A stretch of DNA of 64,000 nucleotides, taken from contig CAWGJT010000010.1 of the NCBI GenBank assembly GCA_963822965.1, forward strand, positions 448,001 through 512,000. Direction: 5' to 3'. The notes below the pieces were generated by a model. The model was not told the origin of the DNA, searched no databases, and saw only the letters and a list, made by a program, of their open reading frames with translations. The stretch is from an uncultured delta proteobacterium (lineage in GTDB: Bacteria > Myxococcota_A > UBA9160 > UBA4427). The position numbers and the translations under genes were made by a program. Below are positions 19,484 through 30,092 of the stretch, in pieces; position 1 is the first letter of the stretch, and each line of letters begins with the position of its first letter.

Positions 19484-20209
19484 ATGCGGACCTCGACGGG
19501 GAGCCCGGCGCGGGCTTCCCGCCGACGGTGGCTCACGGCGGCCGCACTGGGAGCGTGCATGCTCTGTGCGGTCGCCGTTCCCGCGTCCGGCCAGCAGCAC
19601 CGGGTGATGGGAATGGGCGAAGCTCCCGAGCCGCAGCCCTTCACGCGCGAGCAGCGGCTGCTGGAGGCGGCGCGGCAGGGCGATCAGGCCGTCGTCGAGC
19701 GGGCCCTCGAGCTGGGCGTCTCCGTCGAAGCCCGGGACGACCTCGGACGATCGGCGCTGCTGCTGGCGGTGCGAGACGCGGGGGACCCGTCCCTCGTGCG
19801 CTTCCTCCACCAGCACGGGGCCGGCGTGGACGAGCCGGATCTCGACGGCCGCACGCCCTTGAGCTTCGCGGCCAGCGCCGGGCGGCTGGATCTCGTCGAG
19901 TATCTCGTGGCCGAGGGGGCACGGCTCGATCTGCCGGACAAGCGCGGGCGGACGCCGCTCTTCCATGCCGTGCTCGGCGACGAGGAGGCGGTTGCGAAGT
20001 GGCTGCTCGAGCACGGGGCCGCCGTGGAAGTGCGCGATCGCTTCCAGGACACGCCGCTGCTGGTGGCTTGCGCGAAGGGCTACGGGAAGCTGGCGCTCCT
20101 GCTTCGCGAGCACGGCGCCGACCCCGGCGTCCGCGATCAGGAGGGGAGGTCGTTGTCCGAGCGGAGCGCCACGGGGGTCGAGGCCTGTCTTCCGCCGGAG
20201 CCCACATAG
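19484..20209 (+). CDS. Exported ankyrin-repeat protein
   Basis: SRRRWL + hydrophobic signal (Tat-like); repeats DDLGRSALLLA, DLDGRTPLSFA, DKRGRTPLFHA, DRFQDTPLLVA. Confidence 0.88.
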   Translation: MRTSTGSPARASRRRWLTAAALGACMLCAVAVPASGQQHRVMGMGEAPEPQPFTREQRLLEAARQGDQAVVERALELGVSVEARDDLGRSALLLAVRDAGDPSLVRFLHQHGAGVDEPDLDGRTPLSFAASAGRLDLVEYLVAEGARLDLPDKRGRTPLFHAVLGDEEAVAKWLLEHGAAVEVRDRFQDTPLLVACAKGYGKLALLLREHGADPGVRDQEGRSLSERSATGVEACLPPEPT

Positions 20210-20280
20210 GAGCGCGACCGGAGACGAGCTCCGGGGTCGCGGACCGTCGCAAGGGGAGGCGAACGGGCTGCCTCGGCTGG
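20207..20280 (+). repeat. REP-like double-hairpin element, degenerate copy
   Basis: TAGGAGCGCGACCGGAGACGAGCTCCGGGGTCGCGGACCGTCGCAAGGGGAGGCGAACGGGCTGCCTC aligns with 58077-58152 and 33540-33582. Confidence 0.6.
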
Positions 20281-21833
20281 CCCGCCGCGCCGGCTCCTCC
20301 CGCACCGCGGCGCTGGCGGCGGCGGCCGGCGGCGGCGCCCTCTACTTCCTGGGCTTCCTCGGCTTCGGCCTGTGGCCCCTGCTGGCGGTGTTCCTGGTGC
20401 CCCTGTGGTGGGCGCTCGAGCGCCTGCGCGCCCACGGGCCGGGCTGGACCGCCCTGGCGGGCCTCGTCTTCGGGCTCGTCGCGCACGCGGGCGGGCACCT
20501 CTGGATGTGGCGCCTGGTCGACGTCTTCCTGGGCGGCGACGCGGCGCTGGGCCTCGTCCTCTTCGGCGTGCACGCGCTCTGGTTCGCCGGCGGCTTCGCC
20601 GCCTACGCGGCGGTCTTCGCTGCGCTTCGGGGGCGAGGCGTGGCGGTCGCGGTGGCGGGGACGGCGCCGCTGCTCGTGTTGGAGTGGCTGCAGCCGCAGC
20701 TCTTCCCGGTGCACGCGGGCAGCGGTCTCGCGGGCGTCACGCCGCTGGTGCAGATCGCCGACCTGGGCGGACCGCTGCTCCTGTCGGCGCTCGTCGCTCT
20801 GGTCGACGCCTGGGTGTTCGAAGGCCTGCGCTGGCTCGTCGGGCAACGTTCGCGGCCCGTCGCGCTCGGGTGCGTCGCCGTCGCGGCCGTCGCGGCGACG
20901 CTCGCCTACGGCTTCCTGCGCGTGCGCGTCGTCGACGCGCGGGCCGCGGCGGCACCGCACCTCACGGTGGGCGTCGTCCAGGCGAATCTCGGTGTGCTCG
21001 AGAAGCGGACCCTGGCGCGCGAAGGACACGAGCTGCACGTCGCCCTCACGCACGAGCTACTGCAGGAGGGGCCGCTCGACCTGGTCGTGTGGCCCGAGAC
21101 CGCGCAGCTCCGAGCCATCCGCGGCCCGTTGCCCGTCTCGGGGCGCTTCGTCCGCGGGGGCCTCGACGTGCCGCTCCTGTTCGGCGGCACCCTGGTCCAC
21201 GACGAGGCCGGCAGGCGCAGGAAGGCCAACTCGGCCTTCCTGGTGGGTCGCGACGACATGATCCGCGCGGCGTACGAGAAGAACCTGCTGATTCCCCTCG
21301 CCGAGTCGGTGCCCTTCGGCGCTGCGCTTCCCGCACTGGCCGAGCGTCTCCCGCACGCCCAGGACTTCGCGGCGGCGGACGAGACCCCGCCCCTCGCCCT
21401 GGGCGCGTGGCGCCTGTCGACGCCCATCTGTTACGAAATCGTGCGGCCCGCCTTCGTTCGCCGCATGGTGGCAGACGCGAACCCGCACCTGCTCGTCACG
21501 CTCGCGAACGACGCCTGGTTCGGGGACTCCCAGGAGCCGTGGATGCACCTGCAGCTGGCGCGCCTGCGCGCCGTGGAGCACCGGCGCTACCTGGTCCGCG
21601 CGACCAACAGCGGGTTCAGCGCCATCGTCGATCCCGCCGGCCGCATCGTGTCGCGCACGCGGCTGCTCGCACGCGAGACCCTGCGCGGCACGGTGGCGAT
21701 GCTCGCGGGGGAGACCGTGTACGGCCGCGTCGGCGACTGGCCGGGCTGGCTCGCGGCCGGCGTGCTCGTGGCTTCGTTCGCGCGCCGTCGCCGCCCGGCC
21801 GGCGCGCGCCCCGCGCGGTCGACGTTATGTTAG
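20268..21833 (+). CDS. lnt: Apolipoprotein N-acyltransferase (start uncertain)
   Basis: Multiple TMs; VVQAN, VWPE, YEKNLLIPLAE, PICYE catalytic E-K-C triad; NDAWFG, RAVE, RATNSG. Confidence 0.88.
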   Translation: MPRLARRAGSSRTAALAAAAGGGALYFLGFLGFGLWPLLAVFLVPLWWALERLRAHGPGWTALAGLVFGLVAHAGGHLWMWRLVDVFLGGDAALGLVLFGVHALWFAGGFAAYAAVFAALRGRGVAVAVAGTAPLLVLEWLQPQLFPVHAGSGLAGVTPLVQIADLGGPLLLSALVALVDAWVFEGLRWLVGQRSRPVALGCVAVAAVAATLAYGFLRVRVVDARAAAAPHLTVGVVQANLGVLEKRTLAREGHELHVALTHELLQEGPLDLVVWPETAQLRAIRGPLPVSGRFVRGGLDVPLLFGGTLVHDEAGRRRKANSAFLVGRDDMIRAAYEKNLLIPLAESVPFGAALPALAERLPHAQDFAAADETPPLALGAWRLSTPICYEIVRPAFVRRMVADANPHLLVTLANDAWFGDSQEPWMHLQLARLRAVEHRRYLVRATNSGFSAIVDPAGRIVSRTRLLARETLRGTVAMLAGETVYGRVGDWPGWLAAGVLVASFARRRRPAGARPARSTLC

Positions 21834-21862
21834 ACTGCTTCCCCAGGGGAGAAGGCGAATCC

Positions 21863-22489
21863 ATGCGCGAGACGGAGCCCGAGGAACCGGAGAAGGCACG
21901 GCGCCCGCGCGGGCGCCCGGCGATTCCGAAGGACGTCCAGCGACGGCGCCTGATCGAGGCGGCCACGCGCGCCTTCGAGAAGAACGAGTACGAGAAGACG
22001 CGCATCGCCGACATCGTGGCCGAGGCCGGCATGTCCTCGCGCTCGTTCTACGAGTTCTTCGACTCGAAGGAGGACCTCGTCGCCTCGATCGTGCAGCTCG
22101 CCGGTCAGGTACTGCTCGACCGGCTGCGGCAGGTCTTCGAGGACACGACGGATCCCATCGAACGAATCGATCGGGGCCTGCACGCCTTCCTCGACCTGTT
22201 CTCCCAGGTCCCCGTGGACATCGAGTCGCTCGGCGGAAGCGCCGGACGCCAGGTGCGGGCGATGCGCCGCGACTACGTGCTCGAGATCACCGACATGGTG
22301 CTCGACGCTCTCGAGGCCCTGCACCGCCAGGGCGGCATCTCCAAGCCGCCCGACCGCGCACTCATCGAGCTGGTGCTGACGGGCGTCGAGGGGATGACGT
22401 TCCGCTACTACAGCGAGGGCCGGCGCGACTCGCTGCGGGCCCTGCACCCCACGGTGATGGAGCTGCTCGTCCGCGCGTTCCTGGTCTAG
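21863..22489 (+). CDS. TetR/AcrR family regulator
   Basis: RGRP...RRLIEAA...TRIADIVAEAGMSSRSFYEFFDSKEDL. Confidence 0.9.
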   Translation: MRETEPEEPEKARRPRGRPAIPKDVQRRRLIEAATRAFEKNEYEKTRIADIVAEAGMSSRSFYEFFDSKEDLVASIVQLAGQVLLDRLRQVFEDTTDPIERIDRGLHAFLDLFSQVPVDIESLGGSAGRQVRAMRRDYVLEITDMVLDALEALHRQGGISKPPDRALIELVLTGVEGMTFRYYSEGRRDSLRALHPTVMELLVRAFLV

Positions 22490-22539
22490 CGGGGCGCGGG
22501 CCGCAGGCCGTCCCCGAGCCCGGTGAACAGCCAGGTCGT

Positions 22540-22660
22540 GTAGATGGGAACACACCCCGGGAAGCGTGTAAGTATCTGTTTCTCAAGGCTTGAAAGAATT
22601 TTGAACACCAAAGTTTATTTTTCTCTTCCCGTTCTTCGGCGGTGAGCGTATAACGGTCTC
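22540..22660 (+). promoter_or_regulatory. AT-rich intergenic promoter region
   Basis: A/T-tract block (TTGAAAGAATTTTGAA, AAAGTTTATTTTT) followed by TATAAC, in a GC-rich background. Confidence 0.45.
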
Positions 22661-22758
22661 GAAACTCCGGATCCTGCTCGTCAACCGACTTGGAATCACC
22701 CGACGGTCGGAGACCCCAGGAGGGGTACGCCGGCCTCGGCACGGGGAGACTCAGAACG

Positions 22759-23469
22759 ATGCGCTTGCTCACCAACAAGTTCCTGCTGCTCGGCACGCTC
22801 GTCGCGTTCGCGCTCAACGGAGTCGCGTGCGGCAAGATCGAGGTGCCGATGACGCTCGCGGTCCAGAACCCCGGCAGCTCGATCGATCTCACCCTCGAGC
22901 CCGCCGGCCTTCCGCTGGGGACGTCCTACTTCCAGGGCGGCCTCACCACGCTCATGACCATGGACATCGGTCTGATCGAGCTTCTCTTCCACCTGCCGTT
23001 CTCCGGCGTCATCGAGATCACCGACCTGCTCTTCGGTAGCTCGTCGATCAACATCCTCGGGACGCCCACGGGCACGCTCTGCACCATCGTCGACGAGAGC
23101 AACCCCGGCGGTGGAACCGCGCTCGTCGACATCTTCCACGAGCAGATCGACTTCAACATGGACGTGGGGACCGTCATCCTGCCGACGAACCCCGACCTCC
23201 TCGCGCTGCTGCCCGACGGCTTCCAGTTCGCGTTCACCTTCGCGAACAGTGCCGACCTCAGTCTGGCGGACCTGCTCGGCCTGGCATTCGGGAATGCCGA
23301 AGGCGGGCTCACCGTCGAGCAGGACTTCTCGGACGTGATCGACGTCGTGGTGCTGGGCCAGCCGCTGCAGATCGGCGTCACCGGCCAGCTGCTGCTGGCG
23401 ACCGCGAACGAGATTCCGAGCGGACTCCTGCTGGTGGATCGCTGCGTCGACTTCCTGGCGGGCCTGTAG
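22759..23469 (+). CDS. Lipoprotein of unknown function
   Basis: GGGGAG RBS; signal MRLLTNKFLLLGTLVAFALNGVA-C. Confidence 0.75.
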   Translation: MRLLTNKFLLLGTLVAFALNGVACGKIEVPMTLAVQNPGSSIDLTLEPAGLPLGTSYFQGGLTTLMTMDIGLIELLFHLPFSGVIEITDLLFGSSSINILGTPTGTLCTIVDESNPGGGTALVDIFHEQIDFNMDVGTVILPTNPDLLALLPDGFQFAFTFANSADLSLADLLGLAFGNAEGGLTVEQDFSDVIDVVVLGQPLQIGVTGQLLLATANEIPSGLLLVDRCVDFLAGL

Positions 23470-23476
23470 GGCCTCG

Positions 23477-23517
23477 GCCGCCCGGGCGGTTGGCTCTCCG
23501 ACCGCCCGGGCGGTTTC
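23477..23517 (+). terminator. Intrinsic terminator
   Basis: GCCGCCCGGGCGGTTGG / CCGACCGCCCGGGCGGT stem followed by TT. Confidence 0.65.
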
Positions 23518-23569
23518 GCTGTCGTCGTTGCTCGCGCTATCCAGCAGCTGCAGAACGGATCGAGACCCC

Positions 23570-26400
23570 ATGACAATCGAATCGGGCCCGCTCTCCGAGA
23601 ACGACCCTCGGCGAGCGGGCCCGAGCCTTTTCCGAACGGCGCTTTCGCGGAGTTCCTGGCGACGGTCGGCGGCGGGCGGCCTGGTGGCCGGCGCCGCGTC
23701 CGGCCAGACGCTGCCCTCCTTCACCGGCGTGGGGGATCTGCCGGGCGGCACCGCCGAGAGCTCGCGCGGCGGTGTCGGCCGACGGGACGACGGTGGTGGG
23801 CTACAGCCATCGGAACGACGGGCATGGAGGCGTTCCGCTGGACGGCGACCGTCGGCCTGCAAGGGATCGGCTTCCTCTCCATGTCGAATCCCGACAGCGA
23901 GGCGGCGGCGGTCTCGGCGGACGGCTCGGTCATCGCGGGCACCAGCAAGAATGCGGACGGAGACCGCGGCTTCCGTTGGACGTCGGGTGGGGGCATGCTG
24001 GCGCTCGGCACGTTCGGGTGCTCGAGCTGCGATCCCTCGACCGGGGCGAACGGCATCTCCGGCAACGGGCTGGTGGCCGTGGTCGGTGCCGGGCTGTCGA
24101 AGAGCCTGTTCGGCGATCCCGACCCTCGACTCGGCGCGTTGGACCGGCGGCGGAACCTCGATCAGCGGCCTGGGCGACCTGAGCGGGCCGGCCACGTTCT
24201 CGGTCGCGTCCGGCGCCTCCCAGACCGGCAGCATCATCGTGGGTCAGGGAGACAGCAGCGCCGGCAACCAGGGCTGGTGGTGGGAACGGGTCGAATGCAC
24301 GCGCTGTCCGGGGTGGCGGGCGCCCAGATCCGCAGCGGGGCCATGGCGATCTCGTCGGACGCCGGAACCGTCGTGGGCTTCGCGAACACCTCCGCGACGG
24401 GCACCGGAACCCTCGAGGCGGTGCGCTGGACGGGGGCGAGCTTCGGCACGGTCGAGGTGCTGGGCAGGTCTTCTCCGGGGCCTCGTCGCCCTCCAGCAAC
24501 GCGCTGGCCGTGAACGGCGACGGCTCGCGCATCGTCGGGCGAGCGCGCGACAGCGAGGGCTCCAACCGCGCCTTCGTGTGGGACGCGGTGAACGGCATGC
24601 GCGACCTCAGCCGCCGTGCTCGAGAGCGAGTACGGGCTCGACCTGACCGGCTGGAGCCTGCTGGAGGCGGACGGCGTATCCGACGTCGACGGCAGCGGGG
24701 TCTTCACGATCGTCGGGGAGGGCACGAATCCGAACGGCGATCCCGAGGGATGGGTGGCGGTCCTCGCCAGGTCCCGCCTGCAGCGACGGGGAGGACAACG
24801 ACCTCGATCTCGACGTCGACTTCCCCGCCGACTCCGGCTGCACGAGCGCCGTCGATCTTTCGGAGACGTTCGACTGCGCGGACGGCATCGACAACGACGG
24901 CGACGGGGACGTCGACTGGCCTGCGGACAGCCGATTGCACCTCGGCCCGCGACCCGACCGAGCTGCCCGACTGCTCCGACGCGAATCGACAACGACGGCG
25001 ACGGCTTGATCGATCATCCCGCCGACCCGGGCTGCGCGACGCCGGACCAGTCATCGAGGACCCCGCCTGTGACGACGGGATCGACAACGACCTCGACCTG
25101 GACGACGGACTTTCCCGCCGACGACGGCTGCGTGGCGGCCTTCGATCTCTCCGAGGTGCCCGACTGCGACGACGGGCATCGACAACGACGGCGACGGCGA
25201 CATCGACTTCCCTGCGGACGCCGACTGCGTGAGACCTGGACGACCCCTCCGAGCAGGCCGAGTGCAGCGACGGGGTCGACAACGACGGCGACGGGCGGAT
25301 CGACTACCCCGCCGCCTACCCGCAGTGCCAGAGCGGCCGACGATCCGATCGAGGCGCCGCAGTGCGGCGACGGCGTCGACAACGACGGCGATCGTGCTCA
25401 CGGACTTCCCGGCGGATCCCGGGCTGTGCGAGCGCCGCCGCGGCGAGTGAATCGCCTCCGGCCTTCAGTGCCGGGCGACCTGCTGGTGGTCGATCGCAGC
25501 GCCCATCGCGTGTTCTCGGTGGATCCCGGCACCGGCGTGCAGCGCTCGTCACCGAGCTCGCGTACCTGAGCGAGCCCCAGGGCATCGCGACGAACGCGCG
25601 GGCAGCGCCGGTGGTCGCCGACCCCGCCGGTCTCGTCGAGGTCGACCCGCCACCGGCGCCCAGCGACTGGCGAGCGGGCCGCTCGTCGGCCGGCGAGTCG
25701 CTGCAGGTCGTGTTCCCGGGCTCGGGCGATCCCTTCGTGCTCGAGGCGGCGGGGATCAGCCAGGTGCAGTGGAATCCTTCGGGTCTCGGGGACGAAGACC
25801 CTGTGGCTGGCGGTGCCGACCGCCGAGGCGCTGCCGGTGCTCGGTCTGCTCTCCGGGGACAGCCTGGCGCTCGAGGCGAGCGGCGACCTGTTGACCGGCG
25901 GCTTCAGCCTCTTCGGCGACGGCGTCTTCCGCATCGACGCGACGAACGCGGCGCCCGAGCCTGCTGAAGAGCGGCTTCACGAACGACGTGTGGCGCGACC
26001 TGGCGGTCGAGGACGACGCTACGATCCTCGGCGTGAGCACGAACGCGTCCGCAGGAGCCGGCCTGTATCGCATCGATCCGACGACCGGCGTCGCGACCGC
26101 CTTGGCGACCGGGGCGCCCTTCAGCACGCCCGTGGCGGTCGCGCGCGACGCCGCGGGCGAGATCTACGTGGCAGACGCCGGGACGTGCTCGCCCGGCTGC
26201 ACGGGAGGCGCCATCATCCACGTGGATCCGTCGAGCGGAGTCCCGAACGTGCTCAGCACGGGCGGCTCATCGAGGGCGAGATGGATCTGGCGGTGGCCGA
26301 GCCCGTCCCCGAGCCCGGGGTGCTCCCTGCGCTGGCCGCCGGCCTCGGCCTTCTCGCGCGGCTTCGACGGGCTCGCGTCGCGGGGCGCGGCGCGCGTGAG
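23570..26400 (+). CDS. Large PEP-CTERM surface protein: HAF-like repeats, 7 Cys/Asp repeats, propeller-like region (many apparent frameshifts; end approximate)
   Basis: VSADGSVI...AFRWT repeats; seven CxDGxDND units about 97 bp apart (24779-25400); VPEPGVLPALAAGLGLLARLRRAR near 26305-26380. Confidence 0.7.
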
Positions 26401-26917
26401 CGGCCCCGACGAGGGCTCCTCGCGCGGCGTCCGCTGCCGTCCCTGGCGCGCGGCGCGCTGTGGCTCCTGGCCTCGAGCCTGCTGCTCGTCGTGGGCGCGG
26501 CGCTGGCGATCTTCGGCCTCTACGAGCTCTGCTGCGAGCCACGAACGCCATCAAGGCGAGAACGTGCGCTCCGTCCAGGTGATGATCGCGTTACTACTTC
26601 CGCATCGTGTGCTTCCAGGGCCTGCTGCCGGCCCTGCTGGTGACGCTCGCGCTGTGGCCGGCGCTGGCCCGGCTGGCGCCGCTCTTCTGCCGCGAGCCGC
26701 GCGCGGCTGTTCCTGGGGCTCGCGTTGGCGGCCGCCGTCGCCTACGCGTTCGTCGGGCCGCTCCTGCTGAGCGCGCAACTGGACGGGCCTGCCCGCCCTC
26801 GCCATGCGGAACGCACTCGACCAGGTGGGGACGGCGGTGCTCGTGGTGGCTGCCGTCGCCGCGGCCGCCTGGCTCCCCCGCGTGCTCCTGCCGCCCCTGC
26901 GGACCTCCGGGCCGTAG
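26397..26917 (+). CDS. Multi-pass membrane protein (frameshifted, boundaries approximate)
   Basis: Four hydrophobic segments in successive frames ending PPLRTSGP*. Confidence 0.4.
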
Positions 26918-27092
26918 GCCCGGCTTCGCCGGGCGGGCCGACTCCAGCGAAGCCGACTCGCCTCGTCCGTCCCGTCCAACGGGGCCGTCCCTCGACGCCG
27001 CCTGCCCGGGGCGCGATCATGGCGACGGTCGCGAAGGTGGATCCAGCGCACGCGGGACCCGGCTCGGGCACGGGACGGCCCCGGGAGGCTGC

Positions 27093-27974
27093 TTGAAGAC
27101 TGCGTTCATCCTGGCCGGTGGGGGCAGCCTCGGTGCCAACCAGGTGGGCATGCTGGCGGCCCTCGTCGACTACGGCGTTCGTCCCGACCTCGTGATCGGT
27201 GCCTCGGTGGGGGCGATCAACGCCGCGCGCTTCGCCCAGGAGCCGAGCCGGAAGGGAGTGGATGCCCTGACCGGGATCTGGTCTGGCGTGAAGCGCCGCG
27301 ACGTGTTCCGGATGACTCCCGTCGCCAGCCTGCTTCGGCTCGCCCGCATCGGCTTCGGTCACGACGGCCTGCTCGATCCTTCCGCCCTCGAGGGGCTGCT
27401 GCGAAGGCACCTCTCGCTGGAACGTCTCGAGGACGCCTCGGTGGCCTGCGTGGTGGTCGCCACCGACCTGCGATCGGGGGAGCTCGTGGTGCTGGACCGC
27501 GGGCCGGTGATTCCGGCGGTCCTCGCCAGCGCGGCGATCCCGGGCGTCTTCCCGCCCGTGGAGATCGAAGGGCGCAGGCTCGTCGACGGCGGCGTGGCCG
27601 CCAACACCCCGCTGTCCGTGGCCCACGCCCTCGGCGCCGACCGGGTGGTGGTGCTGCCGACGGGCAATGCGTGCGCGCCCGCGGAGTCGCCGCGGGGACC
27701 GCTCGCCGTCACCCTGCAGGCGCTGAACCACCTGATCAACGCGCAGCTGGTCCAGGACGTGGAGCGGATGCGCCACCAGGTCTGCCTGTCCGTCGTGCCC
27801 CCCGTGTGTCACATCGCCGTGTCGGTTCACGACTTCTCGCGCACCCGGCAGATGATCGACGATGCGGCCGCCTCGACGCTGGCCTGGCTCGAGGGAGGCG
27901 GCGTCGACCGCTGTGAGATCCCGGAGGGCCTCGTGGTGCGACCGGGCGCGCGCACGCCCCTCACGGCCGCGTAG
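27093..27974 (+). CDS. Patatin-like phospholipase
   Basis: GGGSLG, GASVG, ASAAIPG, DGG motifs; GGAGG RBS before TTG. Confidence 0.9.
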   Translation: MKTAFILAGGGSLGANQVGMLAALVDYGVRPDLVIGASVGAINAARFAQEPSRKGVDALTGIWSGVKRRDVFRMTPVASLLRLARIGFGHDGLLDPSALEGLLRRHLSLERLEDASVACVVVATDLRSGELVVLDRGPVIPAVLASAAIPGVFPPVEIEGRRLVDGGVAANTPLSVAHALGADRVVVLPTGNACAPAESPRGPLAVTLQALNHLINAQLVQDVERMRHQVCLSVVPPVCHIAVSVHDFSRTRQMIDDAAASTLAWLEGGGVDRCEIPEGLVVRPGARTPLTAA

Positions 27975-28560
27975 AGCGGCCGAAGTCCGCGACCTTCGCC
28001 TTCTGCGGCGCGAGCGGTACGAGGGGGCCGAGCTCGTCCGGATGGAACAGGACCGGCTGGCCCAGCTCCTGGCCGAGACGCAGCGGGTGGTTCGCGGGCA
28101 GCGTACGCCGGAAGATCTCGAGCGCCCGCTGCTCCACCACCGCGGCGCGTCGGGCGTCGCCGTCGTCGAGCAGGGCGTCGCCCTCGACCGAGAGCGCGAT
28201 GCCCACGGCCGGGTGCTCGGGGCCGAGGAGCGACTCGTACTCGGCCGCGGCGCGCCCGAGCAGCTCCGCGGCGTGGCCGCGCTCGGCGATGGGCGGGTAC
28301 TGGACGTAGAGGTTGCCCAGCTCGAAGAAGGCCGCCGCCCGTTCGAGGCTCGGACCGGGCGAGGCCTCGGCCTGTACGACCGCGGCCTCCAGGACGGTCT
28401 GCGCTTCTTCGTAGCGCGCCTCGTCGGTGAGCGCGCGACCGCGCTGGACGAGGCTCGGCGTGGGCGACGCGCACGCCACCAGGGCCAGCCCGCACAGGCC
28501 GGCCAGGAGGATTCGACCATGCGCACCCGGGCGCCGTCCCTCGCTCCATGCGGGCAGCAT
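27961..28560 (-). CDS. TPR lipoprotein
   Basis: Lipobox LVAC; TPR segments (LLGPEHPAVG, RALEIFRRTLPANHP). Confidence 0.7.
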   Translation of the reverse strand: MLPAWSEGRRPGAHGRILLAGLCGLALVACASPTPSLVQRGRALTDEARYEEAQTVLEAAVVQAEASPGPSLERAAAFFELGNLYVQYPPIAERGHAAELLGRAAAEYESLLGPEHPAVGIALSVEGDALLDDGDARRAAVVEQRALEIFRRTLPANHPLRLGQELGQPVLFHPDELGPLVPLAPQKAKVADFGRSTRP

Positions 28561-28643
28561 GAACGGCTGCGAACCCGATGTCAACGATCGCCGGCCCGCG
28601 CGACGGCAGCGGGGGCCGCGTTACCATGCGCCCGGGAGGTTCG

Positions 28644-29102
28644 ATGGAGCACGTTCTCGTCGCGATCGATTTCTCGGCCCACGGCCGTGTCGTCCTCGAG
28701 CAGGCCAGGAAGCTCGCTGGCGCCTGGACGGAGCGCAGCTCACCCTGCTGCACGTCGCGGCGCCGGACCCGGATTTCGTGGGATTCGAGGTGGGGCCCCA
28801 GAGCGTGCGCGATTCCCGCGCCCACGAGCTCGATCTCGAGCGGCGCGAGCTGCACCGCATGGCCGAGGAGCTGCGCGAGGAGGGGATTTCCGGCACGCGC
28901 CTTCCTCTTCGCGGGTCCCACCGCCGAGACGATCCTGCGCGAGGCGGGCCGGCTGCCGGCGGACTTCATCGTCATGGGAAGCCACGGCCGCGGCGCGCTC
29001 GGAAACGCCTTCATCGGGAGCGTGAGCCGCGACGTGCTGCGCGGCGCCGCCTGCCCGGTGGTGGTGGTTCCCGCGCGGGTGGCGGCCTCCGACGAGGAGT
29101 GA
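28644..29102 (+). CDS. Universal stress protein (compensating frameshifts)
   Basis: HVLVAIDFS, LTLLHV, IVMGSHGRG...IGSVSRDVLRGAACPVVVVP. Confidence 0.85.
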   Translation: MEHVLVAIDFSAHGRVVLEQARKLAGAWTERSSPCCTSRRRTRISWDSRWGPRACAIPAPTSSISSGASCTAWPRSCARRGFPARAFLFAGPTAETILREAGRLPADFIVMGSHGRGALGNAFIGSVSRDVLRGAACPVVVVPARVAASDEE

Positions 29103-29105
29103 GCC

Positions 29106-30029
29106 TCAGCTCCTGCCGGGCGCCGGCGACCCGCGGCGAACCGACTCCGCGTTCGCCTCGCGCAGGCGCTCCCGGGCGGTCTCGCGGAGGTCGAGCATCT
29201 CGATGCGGTCCTCTCCCGTGGGCTCGCTCTGTGCGAGCCCGGCCAGCAGCTGCAGGGCCTCGCCGCGGCGTTCGGGGGCCAGGTCGAGCAGCAGCAGCGC
29301 GAGCAGCAGCCGGTTGCCCTCGAAGCGCTCCCCGTAGCGCAGCGCGCGGGCCATCTCGGGGAGCGCCCGGCCGCGATCGACCCAGCCCGTGACGAACGGG
29401 ACGCGCGGAAGGGTGGCGTGCAGGTGGGCCAGGAGCCGGTGGGCGCCTCCGTGCTCGAGAGACGGCTCGAGGGCCACCACCGCCTCGGCCTGACGCCGCA
29501 GCTTGTCGGCCACGCCCGCCCGCAGCACGGTCAGGGTTCCCTGGTAGCGCGACCACGAGGCCCAGGCGATCGCCGACCAGAAGTGGATGCGCGCGACGTC
29601 GGGGTACGACGCGGGCTCGAAGGCGGCGGCCAGCGCCTCGGGATCGTCGCCGCCGACCGCCTCGGGACGCGAAGTCCGGCGTCTGAGCGCCGCGAAGGCC
29701 GCCTCGGCGGCGGCGCGCGCCCCATCGAACCGCTGGCGCGCTTCGCCGTCGGTCTCACTCAGGTACTCCCCCTGGAAGTGGAGGGCCCGCAGCCGGCGCC
29801 AGTGGGCACCCAGAGCGTCCGGATCGAGCGCGAGGGCGGCCGCGCAGGCGTCGAGGGTGACGCGGATGGCGACGGGATCGTCCGCTCGCCGCGCCCAGGC
29901 GGCATCCGCGAGGGCGAGGGGGGGCGTTCCGTCCGCGGCCGGCGCGGAGGACGCCGCCAGCAGGACGAGTCCGCACGAAGCGGCCAGCGCGATCCAACGA
30001 ACGAGTCCCAAGGGCGCGGAGCCTCTCAC
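29106..30029 (-). CDS. Exported TPR-like protein resembling TatT T-components
   Basis: Signal peptide; helical repeats, FWSAIAW, HGGAHRLLAHLHATLP. Confidence 0.6.
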   Translation of the reverse strand: MRGSAPLGLVRWIALAASCGLVLLAASSAPAADGTPPLALADAAWARRADDPVAIRVTLDACAAALALDPDALGAHWRRLRALHFQGEYLSETDGEARQRFDGARAAAEAAFAALRRRTSRPEAVGGDDPEALAAAFEPASYPDVARIHFWSAIAWASWSRYQGTLTVLRAGVADKLRRQAEAVVALEPSLEHGGAHRLLAHLHATLPRVPFVTGWVDRGRALPEMARALRYGERFEGNRLLLALLLLDLAPERRGEALQLLAGLAQSEPTGEDRIEMLDLRETARERLREANAESVRRGSPAPGRS

Positions 30030-30092
30030 ACGCGCCGGGGCCTGTCCAATGCCTCGCGAAGGGGCGCCGTCGGGCCCCGTCCGGCCTGCGGC

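Noticed and set aside
18284..20209. 641-aa ankyrin protein
   Set aside because: The upstream 400 aa are an alternative frame of the hydrolase; the plausible start with a signal peptide is 19484.
24779..25400. Regularly spaced GACAACGACGGCGACGG-like repeats resembling a CRISPR array
   Set aside because: Units are ~97 bp apart, vary at codon third positions and translate to protein repeats; no cas genes in the window.
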